Source: Takakia lepidozioides (taxonomy: Eukaryota; Plantae; Bryophyta). From it: a stretch of 64,000 nucleotides of DNA. This document shows, piece by piece, positions 10,850 to 24,157 of the stretch (position 1 is the stretch's first letter; each line of letters starts with the position of its first letter). The notes beneath the pieces are model-generated. The model saw nothing but the letters and a program-made list of their open reading frames with translations, did no database searches and was not told the origin of the DNA. The position numbers and the translations under genes were made by a program. The stretch is taken from the NCBI GenBank assembly GCA_030704615.1, contig CM060733.1, positions 38,874,001 to 38,938,000 on the forward strand. The letters are read 5' to 3'.

Positions 10850-13800
10850 TTTATTTTATTTTATTATTTTTATTATTTTTATTATTTTTTTGGTGAAAGG
10901 GTTTGGAGCCCTTTTTAGTTTTATTGTAGGAAAAAAAATCAAAACCCTTATATGCCCGTAGGCTGCCATGAGGCTTAACACACGAAAACCGTGTTGGAGA
11001 TACCATGCAAACTAGCCTGAATGTCTGCCATGAGGCCTGAGACTAGAGCTCTAATCTATGACCTGGAAGTGATCAGAGACTTAAGCTAGTAAGGAGCTCT
11101 TATTGAAAGATGCAAGACAAAGTAGACTGTAGCAGTTTGACGAGACCAAAGAGCTCTACGAGGCTAATAGGGAGGTAGCCGAGGTTGAACACAAAGGATG
11201 AGCCAAGACAGGGATTATGATAAAGAGCCAGCAGCAGAATCGATGGTGTCTATCCTTGAAAGTGCAACCAAGCCCGAGATGCCACCTTTACATGTTTCCA
11301 ATTGATGTCCAATTTGTCAAACTCCGGGGATGCTGAAGATGAAGGCCCAGTGATGCCTCCAAGAAATGGGAATTCCTGAAGGCCACTTGCATGAGCTCGA
11401 GTCAGAGCATCTGCAAATGAGTCCGTCTCTTCCCCAGGTCGCCTGGAAGGTGTCGAAGAGGGCAAATTGACGTTGGGGTCTTCTGGCGATCTCTGCACAC
11501 ATTTTGTTCCATTCGTGTTTGGCAGCAATGGTCAAGTCAAAGAAAACCTGAGTAAGGATTGTTGTGACTGAGGTGTTGTGAGAGTCCAAGGTAAGTGCCA
11601 TAGGGTAGCTGATCTAAGGGTTTCATAAACTGGGCAGTCCGAGGCTTTTGTCTTTTCTCTCTGATTATAATTGAGGAGCAGGGCAATGGGCCAGGCTAGA
11701 GGTGGCGATCCCCAGGGATGGTAGAATGCCAGAACCAAGCACCAGATTGCCATTGGAGCCAAACAGTAGAGAAGACAGTGTTCCAGACTTTCTATAGTTT
11801 GAATCGAGCAACATCTGCATAAAACTGCGTCCTGGAAAGCCAAAAACTGCCCTACTTTCAATACCCTATTGGCAATCTCCCATAAAAAGACGCTCATCTT
11901 TGCAGGCTTGCTTTTTTCCCATAGATACAGTTCCAATTTTCCAACTCAAAATTAGCATGCCCCCATCTAGTGTTCCATTTGGCATAGAGAGGGGTTGCTT
12001 TGCTAAGCGCTTTGTAAGCCTTCTTAGTGGTGAACGTGAAGAAAGGCTGAGGAGAGTTCCCAAATTTCCACAGCCACTCAAGTGGGTCCAATTGTAGGAG
12101 TTACAGCTCCTGACCCCCTATCCATGCAAATGTCTCTTTAGCCAACCATGGAAGAGCTCCAGCCCTGAGCAGTATTCTCCAAGGGTTCAATGACCAGAGA
12201 GAAGATCCAACTATCTTATGGTTGAACCCTTGAGATATCCAACGGAGAGATGGTGCCTAGGAGGTGGATTGAATGGGGGAACTGGCAGAAATGTTAGTGA
12301 TAATTAACAGTTTCCACCAACCTCCTTCAGGCCCTAGGAACCGTGGGATCCACTTCCCGAGCAGTGCCTGGATTTGAACACCCGGGTCTAACACACCAAG
12401 GCCACCCTACTTCTTAGGCTGGCAAATTTGATGCCACAATACCTGTGGTCATTTGTTTTGCAAAGAAGACTGTGCCTCCCAGATGAAGTTGCGCACACAA
12501 CGTTTGACCTCTTGAATAATCTTAGAGTTGGGGCCCCATATAGACGCAAAATACCATATACCAGCCTGTAGGATTTGGTTGGCAACTAGGGCTCTACTTG
12601 TGATGGATAGAAATTTGGAACCCCAATACACCAGTTGGTGTTTGAGCTTGGAAACCGTAGGCTTCATCCTCTGCTCATCAGTGATATTATTTCCAAAGGT
12701 GTGACCCAGCAGAGTGGTCGTCTCTCCATCTTTGAGCCATACCAGACCCAATCCGGCGCCCCAGGTCGGAACGATCCCAATAGAGGATTTAGATGAGTCC
12801 CCCACAAGGAGAGCTTTGGTTTTTGACCAATTGACTCTGAATCCCGAGATACTACAAAACTTTAGCAAGGTTTGTTCCGCAGCTTGCAATGTATCTGGGT
12901 GGGCCTCTAGGAGTAGAAATGTGTCATCCACAAACATTGAGTCCTTGACTTGGATCCACATCTGCGATTTAGGGATTTTAAGTCTGAGGCCTTTGACGAG
13001 AAGGTTGTCATCTAGAAGGTATCCTAGAGCATCCGCCACAAAGAGAAATAGGAAGGGAGCCAGAGGGCACCCCTGCCTCACTGACCTTTGCAGCTGAAAT
13101 AATTTGGAGACATGGCCGTTGATTATGACTTGACTGGATGAATTGAAGAGGAGAATTTGGACCCACTGGCAAAAGTGAAGAGGCAGACCGACTCTTCGCA
13201 AGACTGCTAGAAGGAAGTTCCAGTCAACTCTATCAAATGCGTTTTCAAAATCCAGAAGCCATAGAGCCAGAGCTTGATTGGAGTTTTGAGCATAGATAGA
13301 GGCTTCCTGGGCCAGGAGGACGTTGTCCAAGATGTACCTGCCTTTAATGAAGCCAGCCTGACCAGTACGGATAAGCTTTGGGAGCAAAGGTTGAATGCGA
13401 AGTGCCAAGGTTTTGGCTATGATTTTGTATGAGACATTCAGTAGAGTAATAGGCCTATAGTTGCTAATGTCTTGAAAAGAAGGGAGATAACACCTTGCGA
13501 CATCTGTTTAGGCATTGTTCCGGCCCAAATTTTGATTTCATTGGCCATATTGAAGAAATCAATGGCAATTTTGGGCCAAAAGGCCTTGTAGAATTCTACT
13601 GGCATACCGTCAATACCCGGGGACTTGTTGTTGCTCATGAGGTTCAACGCCTTCTCCATCTCCTCCGGGGTAAACACTGCTTGGAGGTTTTCAGCCTCCA
13701 AAAGAGAAACTTTGGCAGGGATGGTCTGCAGCCATTGTTCTAGAATGGGAAGGCAGTTTTGGTCTTGGGGGTCTCTTGAGAAGAGCGAGCTGAAGTGGGT

Positions 13801-15825
13801 GAATGCTTTGTAACAAAGCAATCTGAGAATGGAGGATTTGGTGCCCAAATTATCCACGTAGAACTCTGCTATGTTCTGAAGAGCTCTTCTCTGTTTCATT
13901 TTTTGGAAGAAATACTTATACATTTTCTAACCCTTGGCCGACCAATTAATCCCTGCCTGCATTTGGATCTTTTGTTCCTGAAGGAGTTGGAATTTCCCAA
14001 GGTTGGAGCGCGCCTCAAGGTATGTCTGGAAAGTATGTTCATCGCAAGTGTTATTCTCAATGGCTTTCTGGCAAATGCCCAGGCATTTTTTAAGGGCCAG
14101 GATTCATCTTTTTTGCGCCGCCAAGATCTCCCTACTTAGGTCTTGACTGGTTTTGCAAGAGGCTGCTATTTTTGCCTGGAAATTGAGAATAGGGCAGGTA
14201 GAGCTAGTCCCTGCTTGCGACCATACTTTTTCGAGCGATGCTTTGAAGGTAGGGTTCTTACGATGAGGAGAATTTAGCTTGTAAATGCCTCTACCTCTCC
14301 TCTGAGCAAATGGTAAGACTATGGAGGCTGCCAGTACAGCGTGACCGAAACCTTGGGTGATGGGTTCTTGGGGCCATAGCAGGGCTCCATTAGACAAGGC
14401 AAGCGAGAGGTAGATTCTATCTAGACGGGCCATAGAGAGGTCATTAAGCTGTCGATTGTTTGACCAAGTGAACTGAGGGTTGATGGAAGAGGGATTGTTG
14501 GGTTGTTTGGCAGGCTCAATGAGGTTGTGGGTTTGAGTAAGAAGGAGCCAGGCCGCTTCTTCTTCAGAATGAAGTTTGGGGGAGGTGTTTCCCAACCTAT
14601 CCACTTCACTTTCTACCATATTGAAATCACCAGCAAGGATCCAGGTGTGGATAGAGACCTCATCTGTCATGCATTGGTTGATTTTACTCCAGAGGGTTGT
14701 TCTATCAGGGGTCGTGTTAGGCGCATAGATGTTAACGAAGCCCAACGGCTCTGTACGTTTGAGAGCTTGACAGAGCAGAACTGTACTCTGCCTGGCTCCC
14801 AGATTTCTTCTTTGAAAATGAATTGTTTGAGCGAAGGGGCCAGCAAGATAGCCGTTCCTCCTCTAGATCCTTTGTAGGAGGGTTTCCAAAGTGCCGAGGA
14901 GAGAGGCCAAAGGTGGTCTGAAAGAGAGGCAATTTTTTGTTGGTTGAGCTTGTGTTCTTGGATAAAGATAATAGAATCTGATTGCTGGAGGGGAGCCAGC
15001 CAAGCTCTAAGTTTTGTTTTTTTTATGCTAGAATGCTCAGAACCTATTCCCCTAATGTTCCACGATGAAAGACTAATCTTCATATGAAGCAGGGGACAGG
15101 CCGAGCGGGCTGGACTCGAATGATGACCTGGAAAAGTGAAAGCGAAACCTTGTTCTTTTGCCCAAAGGAAGGAAGGAAGGCACCCAGCAGTGGCGCATGG
15201 GAGCTTGAAGCGTGCATCGGCTTTCTTAGCTCAATGATCAAGACCAAGGTATCAGAAGAGGACTTGGCTTGGCATCCGGCGGCAATAGTGGGAGCAAGAG
15301 AGAGGTAGGATGCACTCTAGCATGGATACAGCAAGGTCTACCTGAGAGCTGCATAAAGAAGTCTGAGAGAAGGATGAGTTTGAGGAGGATTGGGGTCTCA
15401 ACTGGTAAGGGGTCAGTCCCCATGAAAATGGAGAAAGTTTCTTGATTGGCAGGGAAATTAATGGAGGGCAGAATCTTCCAATGATCTGGGTAGGGAGAGG
15501 TGTTTTGGAGACAAAGAACTCTACATCTGCTGGGGTTAGTAGCAGATTTGAAATAAAGTACAACAATGGAGCCGTGATGAGAAGCCTTCCTTCAATGTGA
15601 GATGGTGAAACAATTTGAAGAGTCGATGGAGCTGCATCGCTCTCTCCATGAGGCACTGGCGGGGTTGGCGTTGGAAGAAACTGGGTATCTGTCGTGAGCC
15701 CGATAGAGCCTTCTTGACGGGATGTAGGAGGAGAGACCTTTAACGAGGAGAAGTGAGTTATCTGAAGATCCGAAGAGGAGGAAGAGGAGAGCTGACCAGA
15801 GTAGTACTTAGTGTTTTTCACATAT
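10850..15825 (-). mobile_element. L1-type LINE retrotransposon B, 5'-truncated, same family as A, tail-to-tail with A
   Basis: Minus strand shows SWNIRG, AGDFN, KSPGIDGMPVEFY, GQAGFIKGR, DFENAFDRVDW, RQGCPLAPFLF, SMFVDD and zf-RVT CRCC...SLEHC. A-rich tail at 10850-10891. Confidence 0.92.
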
Positions 15826-15930
15826 TCAATCTAAATGTTATAACACTTCTAAGTTTTATTTGGCTTTGTAATAAGCATATTTTATTTTATTAATTTTTTA
15901 CAATATTAGTATGAATATGATAATGATAAT

Positions 15931-16260
15931 AACTCGCCGGAATTTGAGAGAGACGTGAACTGGAAACACGTCAAGCACCCCGCCACTACTTCCAGGCTAA
16001 ATTTTCGTTAAGTGTAGTTGTAGATTAGCTCCTCGGTAATCTCACCTGCAGGCTTGACTTTTTTGGAAGTCTCTGGGACAGGGCTAGGTTGCTGCGAGAG
16101 GTTTTCTCTCTTTGAGCACACTGCTGCACTTTAGCAGCGGGCACTGGATCTCCCTTCACTGACTACAGTTTGTAGCCCTCATGGTGCAAAAGGGGTTTTA
16201 TTTTTTTCCCCTCAATTCTGGAATAAATGCAATATTTAACGTTTAATTTTTTTTTTAAAC
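15931..16260 (+). mobile_element. 3' remnant of a related LINE
   Basis: Encodes SPEFERDVNWKHVK, matching the C-terminal motif of LINE A (SPEYERSEVNWKH) and LINE B (SPEFDKLDINWKH). Followed by a similar 3' UTR (cctcatgg...ggttttatttttttccc...aataaa). Confidence 0.7.
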
Positions 16261-17045
16261 TAATGAAATGTCGAAATTCTTAATAGTTTTTGTCTCTTGT
16301 CTATAATCTGGACAATTAAAAATATAGATGTATTGATATACTATAAATACACATCAGCAAATTCAGTCAAATTCTTATTGAAAATGAAATGGATATCAAG
16401 CCCATCAATACACCCAAAAAGTTATTACTGCAAAAAGGCAAAGCAAAGGATAAGATGGAGAACCCTAAGAGTACTCTATGAATTTCACCCTTAACTTTCT
16501 AGGCGAGGGACCATCCCAACTTTTGCAGATGAACTTTTCTTACATTCATTCCTTCTGAGCATTCGTAGCGCATGAGGTGGCCCACCAGCTCCAATTTATT
16601 GCATGCCATTTGGAGCTTGCATACGACCTCCAGATTTTTCTAAAGGGATAGGGGTCAAAACTTTATTGGGTGGAGGGGAGTTGACTAGATACGTGCCCCC
16701 CCCCCCTCATTGGGCCATTGAAGCATACTAGACCAGTGATGCCAAAATTGTTCGATGCTACTGGACCTATTTGAATTTCGGTTTTCACCAATATTCCATC
16801 TTGAAAATTTTCCTGATGCTTATGGGCATTGGAAGACAGCCCCTCACCAACGGGATTTGTGTCATTTTGGTTATGACATGGTTTGGAGGAAAGCTTTAGG
16901 CTTGAATGTGCTTGCTAGGGATGGACATGTCCACCCTCACCAAAACACATACAAAGCATCATATGCAGCAAAATGTTGGTTTGATGTAAAATTTGGCATG
17001 CACTTTGCATTTGTACTATATATTATGAATAAATAAATATAGATA

Positions 17046-17196
17046 CTCCCCAAGGGAGCGTAAATTATGGTGTCTCTTCACCACAAGGGATACTAACTTT
17101 ATTGAAAGGTGAACATTATGAAAATTTGAGGTAGCCCCTTTGGAAAATTCCAAAAGCCCCTCAACATGCTTGGTCAAAGCAAATAAAGGTTCTTTT

Positions 17197-17233
<37 letters not shown>

Positions 17234-17643
17234 TTTCCAGAAAATCAATATAATCTCTCAAACTCAATGGTGAAAATTCCTCAATTTGGGGAGATGGTGT
17301 AAAGGCCCGGTAGGCCTGTATGTATACGGTTCCCATGGTGCTTTCTGGCACCACCTAGCCAGGAACCGAGACATTCTGTTTTTTCTTTTCTTTTCTTTTC
17401 TTTTCTTTTTCTTTCTTTCTTCCTTTTGGTAGGAACCTTTTTTTAGGGGTGTCGCGGGCCCATTTATTTTTGTGCTTTTAGGCTGAATATCGCCTAAAAA
17501 GGTAGGGCTGGCACATACCACCTCGGAAGTGGTTGTGGGTTCAATCCACCGATTGGTGTAACAAAGGTGTCCACTTTCCTAGCGGAAGGCAATAACCCTT
17601 CGAGGTCAAGAGACACCATAATTTACGCTTCCTTCAAGAGGAG
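17046..17643. mobile_element. MITE-like non-autonomous DNA element, possibly Tc1/mariner (Stowaway)-like
   Basis: Roughly 34-bp imperfect TIRs: ctccccaagggagcgtaaattatggtgtctctt (17046-17078) versus aagagacaccataatttacgcttccttcaagaggag (17608-17643). The left end is TA|CTCCC. No coding capacity. Confidence 0.65.
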
Positions 17644-18409
17644 TTGTATATATATATATATATATATATAGTGAGGAACGTGAGCAACGCAATCCTAGTA
17701 CATTAGAATTCAAGATTGTGTTGTAGCCGTAAGTAGCATGCGGTGCCGGTTTGGATTTTTGATGGGTGGCTAATGTAATCCCGAGTCTATGTAACTCCAG
17801 TTGGTGTAACTCTTGTGTAATTCCTTAATCCATTTTATAGTTAGCCAAATTTGAACTTAGTCAAATTTTGAGACCAAGTGTGAGTTACACTGATGTTAGG
17901 GCCACATAGGCCACACAAGTCCGTGGAACGCAACTCCCATAACGCGGGGCCTCGGCACTCAGCGTTGTCAAAGCGTCCTTGGACTGTCGCCCTCAGGTCC
18001 GCGCAACCCAATTTTCCAACATAAACATAACTACGTTATGTTGCCTAACGTACGTTCCGAGAAGCTTATCGTAGAGTTCTACACGTCCCGTGTCATTTTT
18101 ATTTACGTCTTTGTGAGAGTACTAGAAAGTCACCAAGTAATTTTTGAAAAAAACCACCAACAGGTAAAGTACGTTCGTCACAGAAGCAAGAGGAGGCATC
18201 TACCTTGCAGCCAGCATGTGTGATTGATTTAGCTTGCATTTTCTTGGGACATGATGATTGGAATGCGATGAAAGACTAAACACATGGAGCAAGATGTGAT
18301 GTAAAATGAGAAACTCTTTGTATGAAAGTGCTACCTGAAAGCCTATAATGCACATGAATCAAGCTTTCTTTATGTCTTTCATGTGAAAAGTATTGTTATG
18401 CCACAACGA

Positions 18410-18815
18410 TGCACCATCACTCACTAAATTTGAGTGAGTGACACTATTTCTTCAAGCTACATTCTTTCACATTATCCCTTTGAGCACATTATAGGTGTTA
18501 AGCATCGTATGACATTAAAAGTTTTTGCCTTCTATCATATTACATTTATACAAAGGCTTGTGTGAGGACGACGTTCTACCAACCCCCACTCAAATTGAGT
18601 GAGTTGGTCATTACATATAGCCTCTAATGTGAAGAATACTTCGAATTGCAACATAGGCATATAGGGGGGTATCTTAGGTGTGTGGAATGGTATCACACCA
18701 TTTTTTTTTACATCCTACAACACTATAAGTTTGTGAAGGCTTCTATAAGGATCCCATTGCACCAACCCTCACTCAAATTGAGTGAGTTGGTCAATAGTTA
18801 GAGCCTCTAATGTGC
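18410..18815. repeat. Three degenerate repeats about 170-185 bp apart, each with a CACTCA...TGAGTG hairpin core
   Basis: cactcactaaatttgagtgagtg at about 18418, and cactcaaattgagtgagttggtca...gcctctaatgtg at about 18587 and 18770. Confidence 0.6.
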
Positions 18816-20449
18816 AAAGCCTTCTAATGTGCAGAGTTTTTCATCATGTATGTTTCCAACCCCGTGGCATCTCTAACATGAGGACTAAAATGTCAAACAT
18901 CATTTTGAATTGTTTTCCAATTGTGATTAGAACGAGGAAATTTCCACTCTCGCCTACATCTCTTCTGCACATAATCACTCACCACTACCGTACATAACAA
19001 GAGAAAAATGTGCAACTATAATCTGCATCTGTTCCAAAAAGGGGCGACAACTTTAAAAATTCTATAGGGTTAATTGTTCAAATCTACACAGAGAGAAACA
19101 CTATACCATCTACAACATCACAACGTTAAAAAAGATGATGTGTATGTGGGGACAAATAGATATCAGCTCAACAAAATGGATAGTCGTAAGCACGACAACA
19201 ATTTGCCAATGTTGTTGCTTGTTTTGGGCCATTGGGCACCCAAGCCTTTCATATCGATAACAAGCTTCTTCTACTTCTATTTGTCCTCACCGAAATCCCC
19301 ATCTAAGGTTTGGCTGCTCAGTTCCTAATAATTGGGAGGATGCGAGGTGCCGACATAGGCCTGCAATTGAGTTTTGTGCCCAGTTGCCTTGACTGGATAG
19401 GAAGAGTGCAGGTTTTACTATCCATTTGCAAATGATAGCAAACAGCTCGAAATAACTCTGCACAACAATTTTGAAGCTAAATGGTGGAAGGGCATGGTGA
19501 GCTGCATACGAAGTCACTACCATTGTAGTTGGAGAACATCAACAACCCTGCTGATCCAAGCAGCCTGGGAAACAAGAAGGATTTGCTTCAGTTTGATGGT
19601 CCGATCGGACAGTGAGTTAAATACGCATTTGGACCGCACAACCCTATATAGACCAGCTAGCCTCTGTGATGCAACATCTCAAAAGAGTCTCGCTCTGTCC
19701 CGTAGGCCCTTGGGCCTTACCTGAACTAAAAGAAATGTGTCCAGCACTAACAATTCCACTGCTGCCCATGGTGCCGAGTCTGCAACATCTTGGGTAGCTA
19801 GCCATTTGTGGACTTGTAGTGGTCATCATTGATTGTAGAGTATATGAAACAATGTTTGGAACACCTCTACAAATCAGATCCACACCCCAAAACAGTATTG
19901 ACCTTCCTTCCCATCCACATCATCCCTTCTCAAGGTTCTAGCATCCAGGGCCGCCTTGTTTTGCTGGCTGAAGACACAAAAATATAAGGAAAAGGAACAC
20001 AACAACAGCAACCATCCTAACCCTGAGATGAGATATCCCTGTCCCCTCTCATTTTCCTAATGACAGTGAAACAACAGGTGCATCCATCTCCACACCATCC
20101 TGGTTTGAATTCCAGTGCCTTCATTCCATTCTCCAAAAGCTCTCTACTCCTCACATTTCTGTCCCTTTCTATAGAAACAAGAGACAGTTCCAAAAACTTC
20201 ACACAGTCATTCCTAAGTGCCAAAAAAAGGAAGCCAACACTCTTCGAACTTATCTGTCTTATACTCATTGAAGCGGTGGGTCTGCCTGTCAAGAAGGCAC
20301 CTTGTCATCTCCCTCGTCAGCCATTTCTGACGTTTCTTCTTATCGTGATTCCAGTCCTCATTAAGGCATGACGGCTCTGCTTCAGCTGCTGGCACATCCT
20401 TGTGCCTGCCAACCTCTACCCTATCCTTCTACATGTGCATTTCTTCCCT

Positions 20450-20790
20450 ATGAAGTGATCTGGTCCTACAGCCCTTAAGACAAAGAGCAGATACAAAACT
20501 TAATTATAGATAGCTTAAGCGCCATACACACCAGAAGGCGGCACCGCTTCCTCTTGCACAGAATGCCAAGCCAGATCCCTTAACGTCGCTCTTTAAGGCA
20601 AGCTGATTCCCTTTGCGTAGGTGGAACTTCCTAAGATATGCTGTACTGCCAACACCACTGCAGCAGCTGCGAAAAGATGCTTACACTCTCCCCTTACAAA
20701 GTGATCTGGTCCTAAAGCTCTAAAACAGACAACAGCTACAAGATTTGATCACAGACAACCTAAGGCGCTATACACACCAGCCTGCACTTC
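20450..20790 (+). repeat. Degenerate ~246-bp tandem repeat that continues on the far side of the Mutator-like insertion
   Basis: gtgatctggtccta occurs at 20455 and 20701. The block agaaggcggcaccgcttc...cagctgcgaaaagatgc (20533-20680) recurs at 28324-28467. Confidence 0.7.
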
Positions 20791-21683
20791 TCATCCCCCA
20801 ACACCTGCTGAGCCGCTCCATCTCCTCATTAATGTGCTCATCAAGACAATGGCGACAGTAGTGGTGCACTGGGGGTTGCTATTCCATGAGCTCATGAGCG
20901 GGCATGGCTCACCCATGAGCCGCAAAGTATCACACTTCGAATTTCGGCAGATTTTTTTCGGGCCCAAAACTATAAAATAATCAAAAATCGAAGATTTCCG
21001 CGCTCATGCTGGAAGCACTCCGCTCATGAGTACCAGTGTACGCTCATGACTTGGAGCCCAGGCTCATGGACCGCTAGGCCAGGTCATAGAAAAACTGAAT
21101 TCTGGGCAATAACGGCACCGAAATTATCCCAGAGGCAGAGACGCAAGCGGAATTAGGATCCGGGTTTGCAGACTCCGAAAACGCAATGGCGACCTATAAC
21201 CGTGGATAGTACTGTTGCAGAAGTACATGATGGTTGGGTATAACGGCGCCGTAATCGGGCACAGGAAAAGAAATAGCCGACTGAAGGCTCGGGAGTGAAG
21301 CCAACAACGGTGAAAGTAATTGGGCTCCACCAACCAAATACCCAGAGTGCAGGCGATAACGGCGCTGAAATGGGCCCCGAAAACCAAATACTCGGTTGAA
21401 GCCACCGGAGTGCAGCCGATAACGGCGCCGAAATTGGGTCCAGAAACCAAATACCCGGCTGAAGGCTAGGGATTGCAACCAATAACGGCGCCGAAATTGA
21501 CCTACGGAAACAAAATTCTCGGCTGAAGCTTCCGCACTCCATCCAATAACGGCGCCAAAATTGGGCTCCGGAGAGCAAATACCCGCCTTACGGTAAGGGA
21601 GGCCTTGCTCTCATTTTGCTCTTCACTCTTCTCTGTTGTGCCCATCTCCTCCCTGCTTTGAGTTTGTGCTATGTCGTGAGGCC

Positions 21684-22247
21684 ATGTCGTGCCCGAATCA
21701 CATCTATCGACGCCAGACGGGAGTCATTTTCCCGAAAGCACACGACATCATTGTTTTCCTGGATGTTTACAGGGACGATCCTCGACTTGTCCAGCTGAGA
21801 GCAATGGAGTTTCTTCCAGGATTGCACGATTCTCCTGGACCCCGGCTGGGGAGCAGGTGGTTCCTACGCATCATGGACCTGGACTTTCCGCATGAGTGGG
21901 AGCCGAATAGATCACGCACAGCGTTACTGTATCGCTGGAATTGTTGCGAGTGGACGTATGATGAGTGCATAGGTGAAAACTTTACGCGTGGACGGACTGG
22001 CTCGGAAAGTGGGGACATTCTCTTCAGTTATGAGGATGAGGAGGAGGGGAACACAGGGCCCACTGTGAAAATGTCCTTCTACCAAGGGGGCGCTATCGAT
22101 AAACACGACATCCTCGTTAGTTTCAACCGGGCGACAGAACCACTGACATTTTGTTCAAATATAGGCACCCGGTCACTCAGGAGGTCCTTGAGAGGCCAGT
22201 TAGAGTTCCTTTTCTTGGGCGAGGGGACCATAGGTCTTGCATGCTAG
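21684..22247 (+). CDS. 187-aa uncharacterised protein (family X, copy 1)
   Basis: Intact ORF starting at gccATG. Homologous to 39050-39613 through WxLRIxDxDFP, RTAxLxRWNCCxWT, IGE, GDI and VKxSxxxGGxIxxxDIxV. Confidence 0.75.
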   Translation: MSCPNHIYRRQTGVIFPKAHDIIVFLDVYRDDPRLVQLRAMEFLPGLHDSPGPRLGSRWFLRIMDLDFPHEWEPNRSRTALLYRWNCCEWTYDECIGENFTRGRTGSESGDILFSYEDEEEGNTGPTVKMSFYQGGAIDKHDILVSFNRATEPLTFCSNIGTRSLRRSLRGQLEFLFLGEGTIGLAC

Positions 22248-22915
22248 AGTAGACATGTTTCGACTCGCCGACACTCATGGCACATACATTTTCATTCAGA
22301 AATCAAGCAACTTCCCTGTGCCATATGGGGAATATACATGCTTGGATAATCTTCTGTTAAGGTTTTTTGCAATTCACTGCCAATATGCTGGGACGTGTCC
22401 TTTGTCGTATGGATTGCTGTTTGCACAAGGTGCAGTATGCAAATGCTGGAATGTGCAGTAGGACCCTTCCCACTGGGACACAGAACTAGCAATCTTGTAA
22501 AGGCATCACATTTGCAGAACAGTAACAATGTATTTGTAGCAAATTGGAGTCTTCTCATAAAGGTGGACGAAAACGCCAGGATGGACTGCGAAATCACTAC
22601 AAATTGAATGAAGAGCAGTAACAAGGAAGCACTATGCAGTACATAGACCATAAACGGCGCTGAAATAGGCCTCAATGCCCGTTAATCTCCACACAATGTA
22701 TGCTTTACTCGGATCCATTTGTAGACAACCAAAATAAAAAAACATGCGCATGCCATTCATGGCCAAAAACCACATTCTCATGTATTGCGGCACCGAAATT
22801 CACATGTAGCCATGGCGATGCGGCACCACCAAGTGTATAATTCCTCACAAAAAAATAGGGTACAAGAAGATGAATGTAATATAATTGCCACTTTCTCCTT
22901 CCCGAATGTGGAATG

Positions 22916-23330
22916 TCAAGCAGTCCGACCAGTGTCCTGCCGTAGGGCCTTGTGCAGCTCGTTGAAACTCAGTGTTGGAGCATGGATGAAGACGTCCACT
23001 GCGGATATGCAACTCATGCGCTTCAGAAAAATGTAATAAAGGTGTTTGCAAGGGGACGTATGCTGCATTCTTCGATTCCATAACAAGGAAGTCCTCACAG
23101 TTGCAAGCTGGGTACTGTGAAACCATGATTGTATACACGACACTGCGCGCAGCAGACCCGGCTGTTGACAACTGAAATATGCGCCCTATCCCGGGGTGAG
23201 GAACATCCCTGCAACCTTGCACTATGCAGGGCATTGCAAGAGCGTTGGCCATCCTGGTGTCGTTCGCCTTTGTTGGTGGCCGCCGTCTTTTCAGTTTCCC
23301 CCACCGATGGTGGGCCAAGCTGCGGGGTCA
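22916..23330 (-). pseudogene. SWIM zinc-finger protein fragment, transposon-associated, with one frameshift
   Basis: YTIMVSQYPACNCEDF...YVP/CKHLYYIFLKRM gives the CxC-xn-CxH SWIM pattern, split across ORFs 22845..23318 and 22916..23143 by an extra base near 23053. Confidence 0.8.
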
Positions 23331-24112
23331 CCCACCGGTATGCGGGGCGAAGAGCTTCTCGTGGGAGGAGGATGACGACTGGGAATTGGATTTCGTGGAA
23401 CGTATTTTAGCTTTCAGAGAATCAGGATAGAAGTACACGTTTACCCAAACACGGGAGTCCATGTTGAAGACGGAACCTCTCGGTACGCTCCGCAGCGAAG
23501 TCCTGCAGTGAGAAGAGTGTGTCCTACCTAATAACACAAATGATTTTCTAGAGGATTCCGTATCCAACAGGATGGGTGATCGGTGCACGTAAGATGAAGG
23601 TATGTAACGTACGTTACAAAAACGAACGACAACAGCAAGTTCACATCGGATATTTGGTGCCTGAATTGTAATGTACAACCACTTGGGCTACAATAAATCA
23701 GGCCTTCCCATGAATTTTGGCACCGAAATCTGGATGAACATCTCTGTCATGTAACAACTTTGGAAGCCAGGGGATGAATTCCGGCGACAGAAATAGTAAT
23801 TTGTTCACCTCATGAAACTGACCAAGCACCCAACGGATGGATTTCGGTGCCGAAATTCGGATGAACATCTTCTTCATCAAATTGTTTCTGCACATGAGGG
23901 TTGAATTTGGATGCCAAAATACGGATGAATGTGTTTCTGATTACAGTCGTGATTCACCACGTGTCCGGATATCGGTGCCGACATCCGAATGACAGTAATC
24001 CTGAATCGGCAGAATGGATGTATTTCGGTGCCGAAATTCATTCTTCATCTCCTTTTCCGACCCTAATTCTGCTGCCCTGCGGATGGATTTCAGTGCCAAA
24101 ATTCATCTGAAG

Positions 24113-24147
<35 letters not shown>

Positions 24148-24157
24148 CTTTGCGACA

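Noticed and set aside
19180-20400. Decayed minus-strand coding-like tract
   Set aside because: No recognisable family; only stop-riddled frames.
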